Shown here: positions 23,489 to 37,104 of the stretch, in pieces
Numbering within the stretch: position 1 is the stretch's first letter
How the letters are laid out: each line of letters begins with the position of its first letter
Translations under genes and position numbers: made by a program
Assembly (NCBI GenBank): GCA_946965045.2
Contig: OX337233.1
Location: 62,001-126,000 of the forward strand
Origin: Epithemia pelagica
Taxonomy: Eukaryota > Protista > Bacillariophyta
Reading direction: 5' to 3'
DNA: 64,000 nt
Notes under the pieces: model-generated
What the model was told of the DNA's origin: nothing
The model's input: the letters and a program-made list of their open reading frames with translations, nothing else
The model's database searches: none

Positions 23489-23624
23489 GTTCACGGCGCT
23501 TTACAACGTCGACGAGCAATGACAGCTTTGTAATAATTATTTTTTGAGCAGAGCTTTTCGACGCTGTGCCTGTCATGCGTACGATGGTGAAGGGAAGTCA
23601 ATCGCTCATAGATTACATGACAAG

Positions 23625-24356
23625 AGTTATTGAATACCGCTCTCGACTCTCTAGACATTAGACTATTTCCTCTAGCTATATGCGTGACGCGCGGTCAGAC
23701 GTGCCACATGCCGATCAGAAGCAGGCGTTGCACCTCAACGCACGTCAATTGAACCTCAACGCATCGAGCAGCTGCTTTAGAGTACTGATCGCGCTGCTCG
23801 CCAAAACTAAGGAACTTTACGTGACTTACGCCCTACTATATTATTTACATAAAAACTTGCCAGACCGCGAGCCCACTATACAGCCGTATATATTTGCATG
23901 TCGGGCGAGCCACTGGATACCGAATCTTCCTCTCAATATTGAGAAAACAAATGGATCTCAGGCAGGCCATCCGGCCACCTGAAGAGTGTCAAAGGTAAGT
24001 CCATCAAGTAAAGATCCAAAACAAGATACAGTAGGAGAGGTGAGATCTCCCGCTAGTACATAGAACAAAAAGAACTGCTCTATGGAACAAATAGAACAAG
24101 TTCCATACCTAGAGGATTGAGGAGATCAAACCCACTCCAAAATCACTTTTCATCTTAGAATAAGCTCACTCTTTTTATAAACCAAAAGTTTGTAACCAAA
24201 CTGTTTGTGAAAGAGAGTTGACCTAGTTGCTGATTCGAAGGTGAGGGCCCCATCGTCGTTTCACCGCAGTAGGTTGGCTACCCGAGCTATATTGACTACC
24301 TCACCTATATCTAACACGTGTCTTTACCAACACCTAGATATCTGTTTACATTAAGT
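23625..24356. mobile_element. Unclassified 732-bp insertion with 5-bp TSD (possible solo LTR or non-autonomous element)
   Basis: Flanked by ACAAG at 23620-23624 and 24357-24361. It interrupts the motif GATTACATGACAAGCCCC, which is intact in paralogous upstream regions (~5571-5590, ~20552-20570). Termini AGTTATTG...CATTAAGT. Confidence 0.75.
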
Positions 24357-25509
24357 ACAAGCCCCAAGAAGTACCAAGAAGTATCTTTTGCTGTGTTTTT
24401 TAGGACCGTCGTCCTCGTATGATGAAGAGGTCCACAGATGACTAATCCAACATCCACTAGGTCGATATCGCTTGTTTCCAAGTCATCTCTCGTCCAAAGC
24501 CTTTTATGGAGCGCCATTGTTCCCGTGGTCATGCGGACTGTTCACAATGACAACAACAGAGAGTGGTCTTCTTGACTTATTGATCCAAAATGATTCGAAT
24601 GGGCATCGCTTTGTGACGGAACCAAGGCCAAATGCACAACTACGCCAAAACGAGAATCAGACGACCAGATGGACCAGAAGGAACATGTCATTCATCCCAT
24701 TTTGAGGCGCATCAGGTGTTGCATTAGCTCGCAGCAGAAGCCTGCATTCGAGGAGACAAGGCAGTAAGACCACAAACAAGAGTATATGTTAGTATCGAGC
24801 CCGAAGAGAAGACCGTTCATTGACAAGATAAATTCTCAGGAATGAGCAAATTGGCGGTTCCCATTGCAGATCTCGAATGACTAGACATCAGATCCCCCAA
24901 AACAAACGATGCAGTACCATCATACATGCTAGCCAGTCGGAACACGGCAAACAGGACGAAGAGAAGGACACTGACAAAAATGAAGATAGTAGCTCCGACG
25001 AACGGAGGAGCAAGATTAACAGTCCAATTGCCAGAACATTTCTGGCGCTTCTTGCAGTGTTGCTTCCCGTTCCTCCAAAGACGAGAATAGGGTACCGCGA
25101 TGCATTTTTGAACCAACAACAGACGACAAGAGGCACCCACAGCAAGTTCCATTGAACGACTGTCGACCTGGTAGTGCCAGTCGAGAGACTGGTTCCTTCC
25201 CCTTGCTTCTCAACGACAGTTCCATTCCATCTTTGCTCGATCAACATGACGACGAGGGATGTAGAGAAGCAGCAACCAACCATGCTAGATTTCCAAAAAA
25301 CAACCATCAGAGAAGCGGACTACAGGGTCCACAAGGTTTCGCCAGTCGTGCTGATACTCCTCCGTCTCGTCCTTATGTCGGATTCATCGACCACGACCAT
25401 GAACCAAGCCAAAAAATATGGAGCACGACCAGATGTGGTTCGTGGAGGAAAGGAGCAAAGAGAATGCAGTCACTTGATTGTACTACGATATGTTGACGAC
25501 AACATACAA

Positions 25510-25587
25510 CAAGAACAACCAATTACACCCAAACAACAACAGCAAGAACAACCAATTACACCCAAACAACAACAGCAAGAACAACCA
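25510..25587 (+). repeat. 33-bp tandem duplication (~2.4 copies)
   Basis: CAAGAACAACCAATTACACCCAAACAACAACAG repeated. Confidence 0.8.
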
Positions 25588-26586
25588 TCATGATCATGCC
25601 CTTTCATCAAGGAGCATGACAAGAAAAGAAAAATCATGATTCCCGATCCACCAACCGGACCGAAACAACAACAACAATCGTCGGATCCACAACAGGCATC
25701 CCCCGTTTTGTTCTCCTTCTCGCAATATCCAAAAGTAGTGAATGGTTGGTTTCGATCGATCATCGGCAATTTGTGTGGACCAAAGAACGACAACCACGAC
25801 AAGTTGGTTATTTTGGAACACAGTCCACCAGCACCCCAGACTGAAACGACTGACACAGTAGCACCACCACTACCTTTACAACCAACCACAAGAGGAACAA
25901 GCCGATGCGGCAAGAACCGCCAGGACTTCACATGCTTCTTTACTCAAACCAGACAAGAAGTCCACCAATATCACAACCAATTACTGCGGAGACTCTCCCT
26001 CGGTGTTCTTCAAGTATTGTTTGGATGGTAACAAATGATCCACCAATGGTCGTGGTCCACAGCAAAATTGTGTCGTAGCTACAGCATCCCAAGCCAAGAA
26101 AGACAGGATGGAACACCCTTGACAGACACGGCAACCACAATGTCAAAAATACATGCCTGAATTTGCCCGGTCACGAACACTAAAAGTACTCTTCACTGCT
26201 CAATCGTAGTGGAAACAAAATGGCGACAAACCGTATTGACCTTGGCTACGACATCGATGCGAAACTCTCCCTTTCTGGAATTCACTCTGTCGGATTTCGG
26301 TGTCCCTGCCATATACCTACCGATCCATGGACGGTGACTCTGTGTCCTACAAAGTGCCATGATACCACCACAAAGCCCCAGATTCTAGTCTCACGACCGC
26401 ACAAGCACGGTGGTGGCACTACCACTTGTAGAGACAAAAAAATTGGTCGTTCTTTCCACATCTTTGACATCAAGCAAGCACCTTCTATCTTGAAACATGT
26501 TCTTTCTACTTTTGAGTAACTACCTACTAGGTTCTAGTATTGCAATCGAATGTAGAAAACAAGTCAACCACTCGAGAAATAAACGG

Positions 26587-27786
26587 CTAGGCTTCATCCG
26601 CCCCTTCATCACCACTTTGAGTATTGGACCTTGCGCGTTTACGTGCTGATGCCAATGTCAAGAAGGGTGAGATATCAGCATCTCGAATACCTATACCTTC
26701 AAGAGAATGATACCACCCGTTCGATTGCTGCTCACAAAGTCGACGAAAACACCACGTATTCTTGTCCATTAATGGGAATGTCGCACAGGAAGGATTGCAC
26801 CATCCACCAATGACGGCAACTTTATTGGCAACAGCCACCATACTGCAGCTACTGCGGTAAACCACGAATGGTGGGAGATTCCACACGCGGTTGCGGTTCG
26901 TATCCAAGACTTCCACGGTTGAATCGCCCCATCCTCCCACCACCACCAGACAAGATCCCACGGCAACCATTGCACAATAAGCTCGAGGGTTGGAAAGCAC
27001 CAATTCAGAGTGAGTGGTCCAAGCGGACGAGAAGGAAATGATTGTAGACAAAGAGTCGTCTTTTCTTTCCTCTGCAAAGCCCAAATACTCCACCGAATCA
27101 AGTTCGTTGTCACCGTTTCGGCCTCCAACGACAAAGATGCGGTGGCCAATGACCGCACAGGCACAAAATGATCGAGGAATAGTCATGCTTGGTCCCTCAG
27201 TAACAGTGTGGTTCCTTGTATCAATAATATCCACCGACGACAAATAATGACCGTTGCATCCACCCATTACAACGATGTACCGGTTTTGAACCGCAAAAGC
27301 ACAACATCCCTTTCGTCCCGTTGATAATCGTCAGCTTAATCTCGTCCAATTACTCGCATGTGTTGTGCTTGATGTGAAACAAGATTGCAGTAAATCATTG
27401 GCATCAATTCGTTCCATACAAGCCAAGTATGCTCCATTGTATCCTCCCATCACGTAGACCCCTCCATTGCACGCAAGAGCAGCATGTCCATAACGTGCCT
27501 TGTTCATGGATGGCCCTTCTCGCCACTGCTTGACTGGATCTGCCAGATTTAATAACAGAACGGAATCCATGGTACCTTGGTCTTGTTGATATCCGCCCAG
27601 CACGACTACAGTTTGTCCGTTGTTCTTGTTATTGTCGTCTTCATCGGGGTGATCAAGTACGACCCTAGCATGTTCGTCACGCCATCCACCCTCGAGAGAA
27701 GGCCAATCGTTCTCATTCCATTCTGCTTTGTCGTCCGATAAGACAAGGCTCGACTGCCATGCTTGTTCTTTCAGTGTTGTGGTCAT
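26587..27786 (-). pseudogene. Kelch copy K8 with an in-frame nonsense codon
   Basis: ORFs 27331-28068 and 26587-27267 are in the same frame; TGA at 27331-27333 replaces the Cys of WTTLTCRLS (reads WTRLS*RLS). Confidence 0.88.
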
Positions 27787-30700
27787 TGTTGCAAACGTTT
27801 CGACTGCAGAATTTATAAGGGCCGAGGCACTGTATTGTAAGCGGTTAGTGGTTTTGCTTTGCTCCTGTGATTCGGATGGGTGCGGACTGGAAGCACGACT
27901 GATTTCACGAAATGGATGGACCAAAGATGGGTCGCTTTCGTCACGAGACAAATCGTGACCGTAGCCACACAATGAAGAAGACCACGTATCCCCCTTGGGA
28001 GTATCGTGGAAAAGTTTTTGGATACCGAAATAAACCTCATGGCAAGACACAGAACCACTGGTATGCATAGCTCCTCTCTATTTCTCTGTCTCCTTGTGTT
28101 GCATCCATAGGTTTTTCGTGCGACGAGACTCTCTCTCTGGTTGGTTGTGGCGTGTGGCAGCCTTATTGCTGCCGGTAGCCAAACCAGAGAAGAACGCTGA
28201 TGACTGCAGGATCTCTTTGCAAATTCTACTTTTTGAGCCTTTCCTTTTGATAACCACAACTACACGTCTTCTAGAGGGATGGCGAAGTGGATTACACGAA
28301 ACAAGAATTTCAATCATGACAGAACACTTTTCCTCGGCCTGTAAACCAAAAGAGGATACCCTTCCCTCATGATTGTTACGCTTGGTCGATTCAGAGTAAC
28401 AAACAATGACTCGACCATTTCGCACAGGCCACGTCTGCGCCTTGAGCGGACTCTTTCGAGGCTCTTCTGTCGCAAAAGGAAGACACTGATCTTGAGATTT
28501 CTCTCCAGTTGCCGAGAAAATATGATCGACGGCAACTCCCATGACTATGACTGCCATGATTGTTGTGCTTGTCGCCATTCCTTTTTGCCCGAGCTTTGCC
28601 AAACGCCCTTCGGAATTAGTATACCGATAGTGCAGGTGGCTCCTCCATCATCCTCTCGACTCGAAGAATAATGGCACGATACTCTCATTGCCGGAAGGAA
28701 CCATGGCTTGTTGCCATTCCCAAACAAACACACTGTATTGGTGGGTCCCACACACAAAAGTGGCAATTTTGGCGTTGTGATGCCAGTGGCGTCTTTGTGA
28801 CGACCACCACAAACCTTTGGAGTAGTACTCTTTTGGAATAACAAGAAAGGTGTCAAAAAGAACAATCAAGTTGCTGGCCTTGAAGCATGAAAGGAAAATG
28901 CCTGAAACAGCAATGAAGGTTCCGTTGTGGTTGTGGCTCCTGTTGCCACTTGCCTTTTGCCATGGGTGATGGAGTGCATTGTCGTCATGATCTGTTTGAC
29001 ATTGACAGCATCCGTCACAACAATGCCAAGCAAGAAAGGCTCCACAGCTTTGTTGCGTTTCAACCGGTACGAAGTGGTGGGCAGAGAAGCTCGCGGTGGG
29101 TCCGTCGATGACAGTGATAGCTTTTACTGTCCTAAGGATTGTAAGTACAGGCTTTTTGGATGTACAAAAACCCACCGCGGGGGTGAGTCATGAGGATTAG
29201 TGAATGAGTAGTCTGAAGTGTGAACATCAAAAGCACGACACACATGCGACCCCACTCCTCACCCCCGTTGCCGCTGTGGGGACTATTATCGACGATGTTG
29301 ACGGCGATGACGAGGACGACGACTTGACCTCATCAATCAATTTCACCAACATGTCTCTTCTGGAAGCGATGATTGAGGTCAACAACCATGAAGTGGCCTC
29401 CTTCAATCCGTGACAATTGAATTGCGAGGCCCAGGATCAGCCCCAACATGAAAGGACGAATGGTGGTGGAGCATGAGAGTTTGCATGGACCGGCAAGTTC
29501 GAATACGAATCTCTCCAATCTACTGAGAGCAAAGATCCGCCAAAAGATGCGATAACTCTCGATGGGGAGTCACTCTTGCCAATGACACCCTATGGTGGAT
29601 GGTGGCTGCTCCGTGCCATTGCCGTTCTGAATTCTTGAGCCGTGGCACTGGCAATGGATGGGCACCTCAATTTGGGCTCGTAACCTGGCGGACCAGTGCA
29701 AGACGTTTCTCACGAGTCATAGACAAGCCATACAATTGTTGTCTCATCGGTTACACCATATAATCCGTGCTGCATCGGTTGCTTCGCGAAGCGATGGAAC
29801 CTTTCTTGTCGGAATGGCGAGTTGGTGTATACCGGCCGATCGACATGCTGTACCAACCTTACCTTGCTTCAACTGCAACAACGGATGTTGACGATGGCCA
29901 AGCAGGCCGCAGACGAGGCCTCGACTCATTCTCTCATTGGGAAACGACAAATCTCTCTTTTCTCAATGTTGTCCGCATCTTTGCCCATGGCTCGTCCTCT
30001 GTCGAATCGTCTTCAATCCAATGATTGACGATGAGTCATCATCGACTGCTTGAAATGTCACTTGGATGGTTAGACAACAAATGTTTGTCCTCCCGTTGGT
30101 AACACTGCAAGTCATCTCTGTGGAACGTCGTCGTGCATTGTCTCCGATTTGCATTATTGCTGGCATGTGCAATCCTTGGTAGACACGTAATATCCAAGAA
30201 CCTTCACGAGAAGTGCCGAGTAGTCAGTATCGGGTTCGATTGCTCAAGTTTGCGAAGGTCACTATTGGTACTTGGGATTGATTCCAAAAGATTTGGAACA
30301 AGAATTGAACGAACATGAAGTCGAGAGGGTGGCTCGTTTTGAGATTGAAGGGGTGTACGAAGATTATCCTGTGATCGCTCTTGACTTTGGTCGGACACAT
30401 GGCAAATCCCGACGTCCTTTTCCAGTCCAGGCACATGCGGGGATAATCGTCGCTCCGTCAGAGAATAGAACAAATTCCATTCCTACAGTCACAGAGATTA
30501 GTTTGTGACTCTGATCGAAGTTTGGAGTCCAGCCAAAAGAAGCGACCGCTTCATGTGCATAATCCGTAGGGGCTGGCAAAACAAAGGCCACAACGACAGA
30601 AACACTCAACACAAAGCAAAGCTCTCGATAATCCATGACTTTCGTCGTTTCGAGAAATCACGTTCCCTGCCGTACGCTGTGTCACACAATCTCATTTCTA

Positions 30701-30876
30701 CTACACCGATGGTACATGAATATCTCAATAGTTTGCAATGCCATGCAAACACTAGAGCAATAGTTTCAGAACAAAAAGATTACACTATATAACGTATCCC
30801 CTTTTGCAGGACATCAATGCAATATGTTGCCCATTTCAAGTTTCATCCTTGCCTTTTAGTACATACTGGTCATTGT

Positions 30877-31803
30877 TCATTCAGATTTTGATGTCGAGGT
30901 GGAGAAGGACGAAATGTCCATTCCTTCCCGAAAAAGATGCCACCCGCTAAGTTGCTGTTCACAGAGACGGCGAAAACACCACGAATTCCGATCCATTAGT
31001 GGCAATGTCGCACAGGAAGGATTGCGGAGTCCACCAATCACGGCAACTTGATTGGCAACAGTCACCATAGAGCAGCCATCGCGGTGATTTCCAAGTGGTG
31101 GGAGATTCCAAACGCGCTTGCAGTGCGTATCCAAGACTTCCACGGTTCGACTGGGTCGTCCCACTACCACCAGACAAGATCCCACGGCAACCACTGCACA
31201 AGGGCTTCGTGCATTGGAAAGCCTCAACTCCGACTGAGTGGTCCAGGTGGGTGAGAAAGAAATGAACGTCGAGCCAGTTTCCTTTTTTGTCTCATCACTG
31301 CAACATGGTCTTTCGAAGTCCAAATACTCAACCGAGTCAAGATTGCCGTCCTCGTTAGGGCCTCCAGCAACGACAAAGACGCGGTGACCAACGACTGCGC
31401 TGCCAAAAAATGATCGAGGAACATTCATGCTTGGTCCCGCAGTGACAGTGTGGTTGTTTGTATCTATAATATCCACGGACGACAAATTACGATCGCTGTA
31501 GCCACCCATTAAAACGATATACCGGCTGTGAACCGCAACCGCACAACATCCTCTTCGTTGCGTTGATAAGCGACATGTCAATGTTGTCCATTGGATCTCG
31601 TGTGTGCTGCTGGTTGTTAAAGATAATTGAAGTATATCCTTGGCATCGATTCGTTCCATGCAATCCAAAGATCTTATATTGAATCCTCCAATCACGTAGA
31701 TGCCGCCATTGCACACAACAGCGGCATGTCCAGAACGTTTCTTTTTCATGGGTGGTCCTTCTCGCCAGTTCTTGTCCGGCGTTGCTAAATTGAGTACAAG
31801 AAC
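30877..31803 (-). pseudogene. Kelch copy K9; blade 1, start and promoter missing
   Basis: Homology starts at VLNLATPDKNWREG; upstream DNA is unrelated spacer; no ATG before blade 2. Confidence 0.85.
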
Positions 31804-32702
31804 TGCGAGTGTGGTCAACAGTCACTCAGCTGTGGTAGAACAACGAGTGGTACAACAACCACCACCAGTCAAGCTTTTCCCTGGCTTCATCAAGCAACCA
31901 TGATGACTAGCATGATGACGACGACTGCAGCCCTGCCTCAAGACAATAGCAGCAGGACCTTGAAGACACAACGACAAAGTCTCAACCACCCAAACCACAA
32001 CAACTGGCAACCGGCAACATCCACACCACCACTCTGACACTCGCAAGTGGCACTGGTGCAGATGTCCGATTCTTGGTTGGTGTTGAATTCCACTCGCTCG
32101 GGGACATAGTGGTTGCTGAGGCAGTCCCACACACAACGTTTCCCAGATGTTTACTCACCCACAACCCTTTTTGCCATTAACGTCCGAACCATTGACCCCT
32201 GTTCCGACCACCACTTTCTCAAGGCAAGAGAACAATCAACCGTAGCCAGAGCAAATGCTCACCGTCATTGAGGCTTGGTTAGATCAAGGTAACTCCGAGC
32301 ATAGCGCGCCTCTGTCTGTCTCCACAGTCACCAGAGTGTCTCCCTGTTATGTGGACACGGAGACGATGCATTTCAAGGATGGAAACGGGTGGTGCGAGGG
32401 AGTATTACTTGCCACGGAGAAATACCGCAGGGACTGCCAAAGGACTCAACAATACGACAAAAATAGCACTCAACACAGCGCAAAACTCTGCATAATCCAT
32501 GACATTGTTTTCTGGTTTCGGAACAGTCGCGTTCTCCTAGACATACCGTATAGCATCATTAATGATTTCATTTCTACTATAGGGAAGGGATTCACATCAT
32601 AATTCCACGGGTAGCAGACAATAAATAAATATGTTTGAGATCAAAATGATTATTTGATAATTTCACCATTGTAGGTGACATTAATGCAACGTGATGCCCA
32701 CT

Positions 32703-33923
32703 TCAAGTTTCATCCTTGCCTTCATCACCATGGCGTGTATCGGGCCTTGCTCGTTTATTAGCTGATGTTGAGGTGGAGAAGGGTGAAATATGAACATGTC
32801 GGAAATCCATTCCATCCCGGAACTGGCACCATGCGTTGGGCTGCTGATCACGGAGACGACGAAAACACCACGTATTCTTGTCCATTAGTGGTAATGTCGC
32901 ACAGGAAGGATTGCACCATCCACCAATGACGGCAACTCGATTGGCAACAGCCACCATACTGCAGCCACTGCGGTAATCCACGAATGGTGGAAGATTCCAC
33001 ACGCGGTTGTGGTGCGTATCCAAGACCTCCACGGATGACTCGTATCCTCCCGCCACCACAAGACAAGATCCCACGGCAACCATTGCATAACGACTTCGTG
33101 CATTGGAAAGCCTCAACTCCGAATGAGTCGTCCAGGTGGGTGAGAAAGAAATGAACGTCGAGCCAGTTTCCTTTTCTGTCTCATCATTGTCACAGGGTGT
33201 TGCGTAGTCCAAATACTCCACCGAGTCAAGATAGCCACTCTCGTTTTGGCCTGCAACGACAAAGATGCGGTGTCCAATGACCGCACTGGCACAAAATGAT
33301 CGAGGAACAGCCATGCTTGGCCCCGGAGTGACAGTGTGGTTCCTGGTATCAATAATATCCACCGACGACAAAAAGCGACCGTAGTAGCCACCCATCCCAA
33401 CAATATATCGGTTGTGAACCGCAACAGCACCACATCCTGATCGTCTCGTTGATAAGCGACATGTCAATGTCGTCCAATGGCTCTTCTTCGAGCTGCTTGA
33501 TGTCGAAGATGGTTGGAGCAAATCGGTGGCATTTATTTGTTCGATACAATCCAAACTTGAATTTCCATTGTATCCTCCCATCACGTAGACACCTCCATTG
33601 CACACAATACTGGCATGTCCTTCACGAATCTTGTCCATGGATGGTCCTTCTCGCCATCGCTTGTTTGTGACTGCCAGATTCAATACAAGGACGGAATTGG
33701 TGCCACCTAGGCCTTGTTGACGTCCTCCCATCACTACGACGGTTTGTCTCTTTGGGTTGTCGTCGTTGCTGCTGTCCGTATCGGGATGATCAAGTACAAC
33801 CGTAGCATGACGATAACGCCATCCACCCTCAAGAGGAGGCCAGTCTTCGAGATTCCATTCAGGTGTCTCGTCCAACAAAACAAGGTCCGACTGCCATGCT
33901 TGTTCTTTCAGTGTTGAGGTCAT
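32703..33923 (-). CDS. Kelch-repeat protein K10
   Basis: Six blades; ATG of MTSTLKEQAW at 33923. Confidence 0.9.
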   Translation of the reverse strand: MTSTLKEQAWQSDLVLLDETPEWNLEDWPPLEGGWRYRHATVVLDHPDTDSSNDDNPKRQTVVVMGGRQQGLGGTNSVLVLNLAVTNKRWREGPSMDKIREGHASIVCNGGVYVMGGYNGNSSLDCIEQINATDLLQPSSTSSSSKKSHWTTLTCRLSTRRSGCGAVAVHNRYIVGMGGYYGRFLSSVDIIDTRNHTVTPGPSMAVPRSFCASAVIGHRIFVVAGQNESGYLDSVEYLDYATPCDNDETEKETGSTFISFSPTWTTHSELRLSNARSRYAMVAVGSCLVVAGGYESSVEVLDTHHNRVWNLPPFVDYRSGCSMVAVANRVAVIGGWCNPSCATLPLMDKNTWCFRRLRDQQPNAWCQFRDGMDFRHVHISPFSTSTSANKRARPDTRHGDEGKDET

Positions 33924-34220
33924 GGTTCCACACAATGACTGCAGCGAATTTATGGGGATCGAGACACTGTCTTGTAAGAGGCACGTAGGTTTGCTCTGCT
34001 GTTGTGATGCTGATGGGTATGGACTGATGAAGCACGACTGACTTCACGGAATCGATAGACCATAGAGGTTCGTCACGAGACAAATCGTGACAGTTGCTTC
34101 GACGAGGCTGTTGTTGTTAACACTGTGCTCTTGCTGTTCCATCCTGCTAGTACTGGTGGTCAATGGTCGGAGTCCACAGCATGACACGGGTGCTTGTCGT
34201 TGTCGCGGTACGGGCAAAGG

Positions 34221-35171
34221 TCAGTTTCGTCGCCCTGTTATGTTTGGGATGGGTCGTCCTAGTACAGTACACAGTGTTTCGTGGTGCCTTTCGCAAAGAA
34301 CCCCAGCAATACTTCTCTCTTTTTTCTGCCATTGTCTGAGCCCTGCCAAACGCCATTGGGAAATAATAGCATATCACAATAAAGCCTGTGCTCCTCCGTC
34401 ATCCTCTCGATTTGCAGAACATGAATGGCAGGATGCTCATTGGCTGCAACCAAGGTTTGTTTCCAATCCCCTCTAGTAATAGAACAGCAATTTGTTGCTG
34501 GGTGCCATCGAGAAGAGGCGGTCACCATGTGGCTTGGCGGACCAAGTGGAACATTTCTGGTCGAGACAAGTAGAGTCCTTGTAGTATTCTTTTTCAAGAA
34601 CAAGAAGAAGGATGACAAAAATGGACAATCCAGTTGCTGCCGGCCTTGAAGCGTAAGCGCAGAATGCCCGTAACAGCGATGGACGTGATTGAAGGCTCCA
34701 GTCTGTCTGGTTGTTGGTTCCTTATGCATACCGAGTCAGAAGCAACGACATTGCCCACAGGCCGTGGATCTTTTTATACGTGTCGTTGGGGAGTGGTCGA
34801 CCCTCCGTAAGGGCCACATCGACACGTTCAAAGTCGTACAAGGAACACTGTCCCAACGCCTCCAATGGATTCATGTTGGTTGTTTTGGGTTTCTTAGATT
34901 GGAGGTACAACGACTCAAAGGGTGTTTTCCACACCAACGTGGTGGCATAGGCCTGCAACTCGACCTCATTGTTGTCTGTCACAGGTTCTACTTTGGCATC
35001 ATCCTACAACACTTGATTGATGTGACGTTGCAATTGTCGGGCCACACTGGCCACCGTGTCGTCCGAAAAAGCCAATCGGTCGGCAAATCGATCCCATGAT
35101 GCGCCATTGAGCTGTTGTTGACACTGCTCTTGTTCCACGGTTGACCATTGCAACCTCGTTCTTGTAACCAT
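34221..35171 (-). pseudogene. Eroded ~317-codon ORF of unknown function
   Basis: A single frame from ATG 35171 to TGA 34221 reads protein-like (e.g. ELQAYATTLVWKTPFESLYLQ...YDFERVDVALTEGRPLP) with five internal stops and no evident frameshift; a degenerate paralogue lies at ~28550-28950. Confidence 0.4.
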
Positions 35172-37104
35172 CAAAAGTCATCTCGAGCGGTATCGATTGC
35201 TGTAAAGTTGCGCAGTGCATGTTGTGATGATGGTGGCGGGGTGGAACTTGGAACTATTAGAGATACGGCCGTCCACATTCCACATCGTCCATTGTCGTCG
35301 ACCCCGTTGTTGTCCACGCCACGAAACATTCCTTGCGTTTCTACCTGGTAGGTAGTATCTTTTACTGTAATAAAGATTGTAGGTACAGGCACGTCCTTGA
35401 CTAACTCCCAGCGGGAGGTAGTCATGAGAATTCGTGAATGACAAGTAAAAAAACCAAAAGCACGACACATATGCGACCCGACTCCTCACCCCCGCTGGGG
35501 ACTACTCCGTCGCATCGACCACGATGACGGCGATGATGAGGACGACGAAAACTTGACCTTATCAATCAATTTCAGCAACATGTCTCTTCAAGAAGCGATG
35601 ATTGAGGACAACAACCATGAAGTGGCCTCCTTCAATCCGTGACAATTGAATTGCGAGGCCCAGGATCAGTCCCAACATTGGGAAACAATGGCGGTTGCCA
35701 ACATAGATCGAGGAGCGCAAGAGAGTTTGCATGGACCCTCAAGTTCGCATCGCTCCAATCTACTGAGAGCAAATCTCCGCAAAAAGATGCGACAACTCTC
35801 GATGGTTCGTCATTCTTGCCAAATGACTCCCAATGGTGGCTGCTCCGTGCCACTGAGATTGCCTTGGTGGTCTATGTGGCCTTTTACTCGGCTCGATCCG
35901 ATGTTTGGAGCAATGTGGGCATTGTCGAGGATTTCATGTACAAGGGTCATTGGTGCAATCGTCATTTGAATCGACACAGTTACGTCATGCACCCGACACG
36001 GGAGAATCAACAGGTGAAGAATCGATGATGGGAAAGGGTCCCATCGCCCTTCCACATCGACCAGACGAAGATTCGCACCACCAAGAACCAGAATCCAACG
36101 AAGAAGAACAACAAAAGTTCTTTAAGACTACAGCCGAGACATGATCGGCGCCATTCGTGGTCGTGGTTTTGTTGTTGGTACTACTGAGTTCGGTACGAGG
36201 CTTAAATGCGGTAGTGATCGAAGTCCAACACTGCTGCTCGACAGTGTTATAATCGTGCAACAAGGTTTGGCGAACTGTCATTGAGGGGCAAGACATCGCG
36301 ATGGGGAGCAGCTTGTTTCCAGGCATTAGCATTCGAACAAGCAATAGTGCGACAGGGAATAGCGGTGGTGGAGGTTTCCTGATTCGTTGTCGTTGTCGTC
36401 GCCGCCGTCAATGCTCCGACTTCCAAGATGGAATTGAACACAGTCGGTTCCACGGCAATGGCGCCGTCAGCAGTTTCGTCCAATTGAGGTACTTCTTCAT
36501 TTGTGGCTGCGTTCGTAGTTCGGAAGGTTATGGTGTGGCAACGACGAGACTCGATCCGTGTTGTCGTTCTGGTCCATTGCGAGCAAATTACCGACCTCAT
36601 GATAAAGAATAGTTGCTGTATTGGAGGAAATATCGAACACGTCGGTGCTAAAAATTCCAAAGGATTCGCAATTGTCCTGTCACCCAAAACCGCCACGAGC
36701 ATCGAAAGACGGGGTACTGTCCTCTTACGCAGGCATTAGCCATAGAAGGACCGGACCCCACACAATTAAACGCATGGTCGGAACGAAGATGACCGTCCAA
36801 ATAAGTCGCTGCGCCATGTTGTTTCAGGCACGCAACCATAATCTTCCACAGCATGATAACTCGACTCATTCAACAGCAGAGAGGCATGGTACCATGGGCA
36901 TCTTTACCCAAAGCCTGGCTCCACTCCTGTTTGCGGTGTCATGCCGGATAGTGTAACTTTCGTTTTCTACTAGTACAACGGTGTACATGATATCTCTATA
37001 GGTCGCAATATCATCAAGAAAACACTACAACTACTGTTTGAGAGTAATATGATAATGCTATAATTCCACTACTGTTACGACATACATACAATACGTTGCA
37101 AATT

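Noticed and set aside
25510-25587. Short direct repeats (also 40667-40730 and the 21-bp repeat in the Copia B LTR) as a CRISPR-like array
   Set aside because: They are head-to-tail duplications of 2-3 units without unique spacers, in a eukaryotic context with no cas genes.
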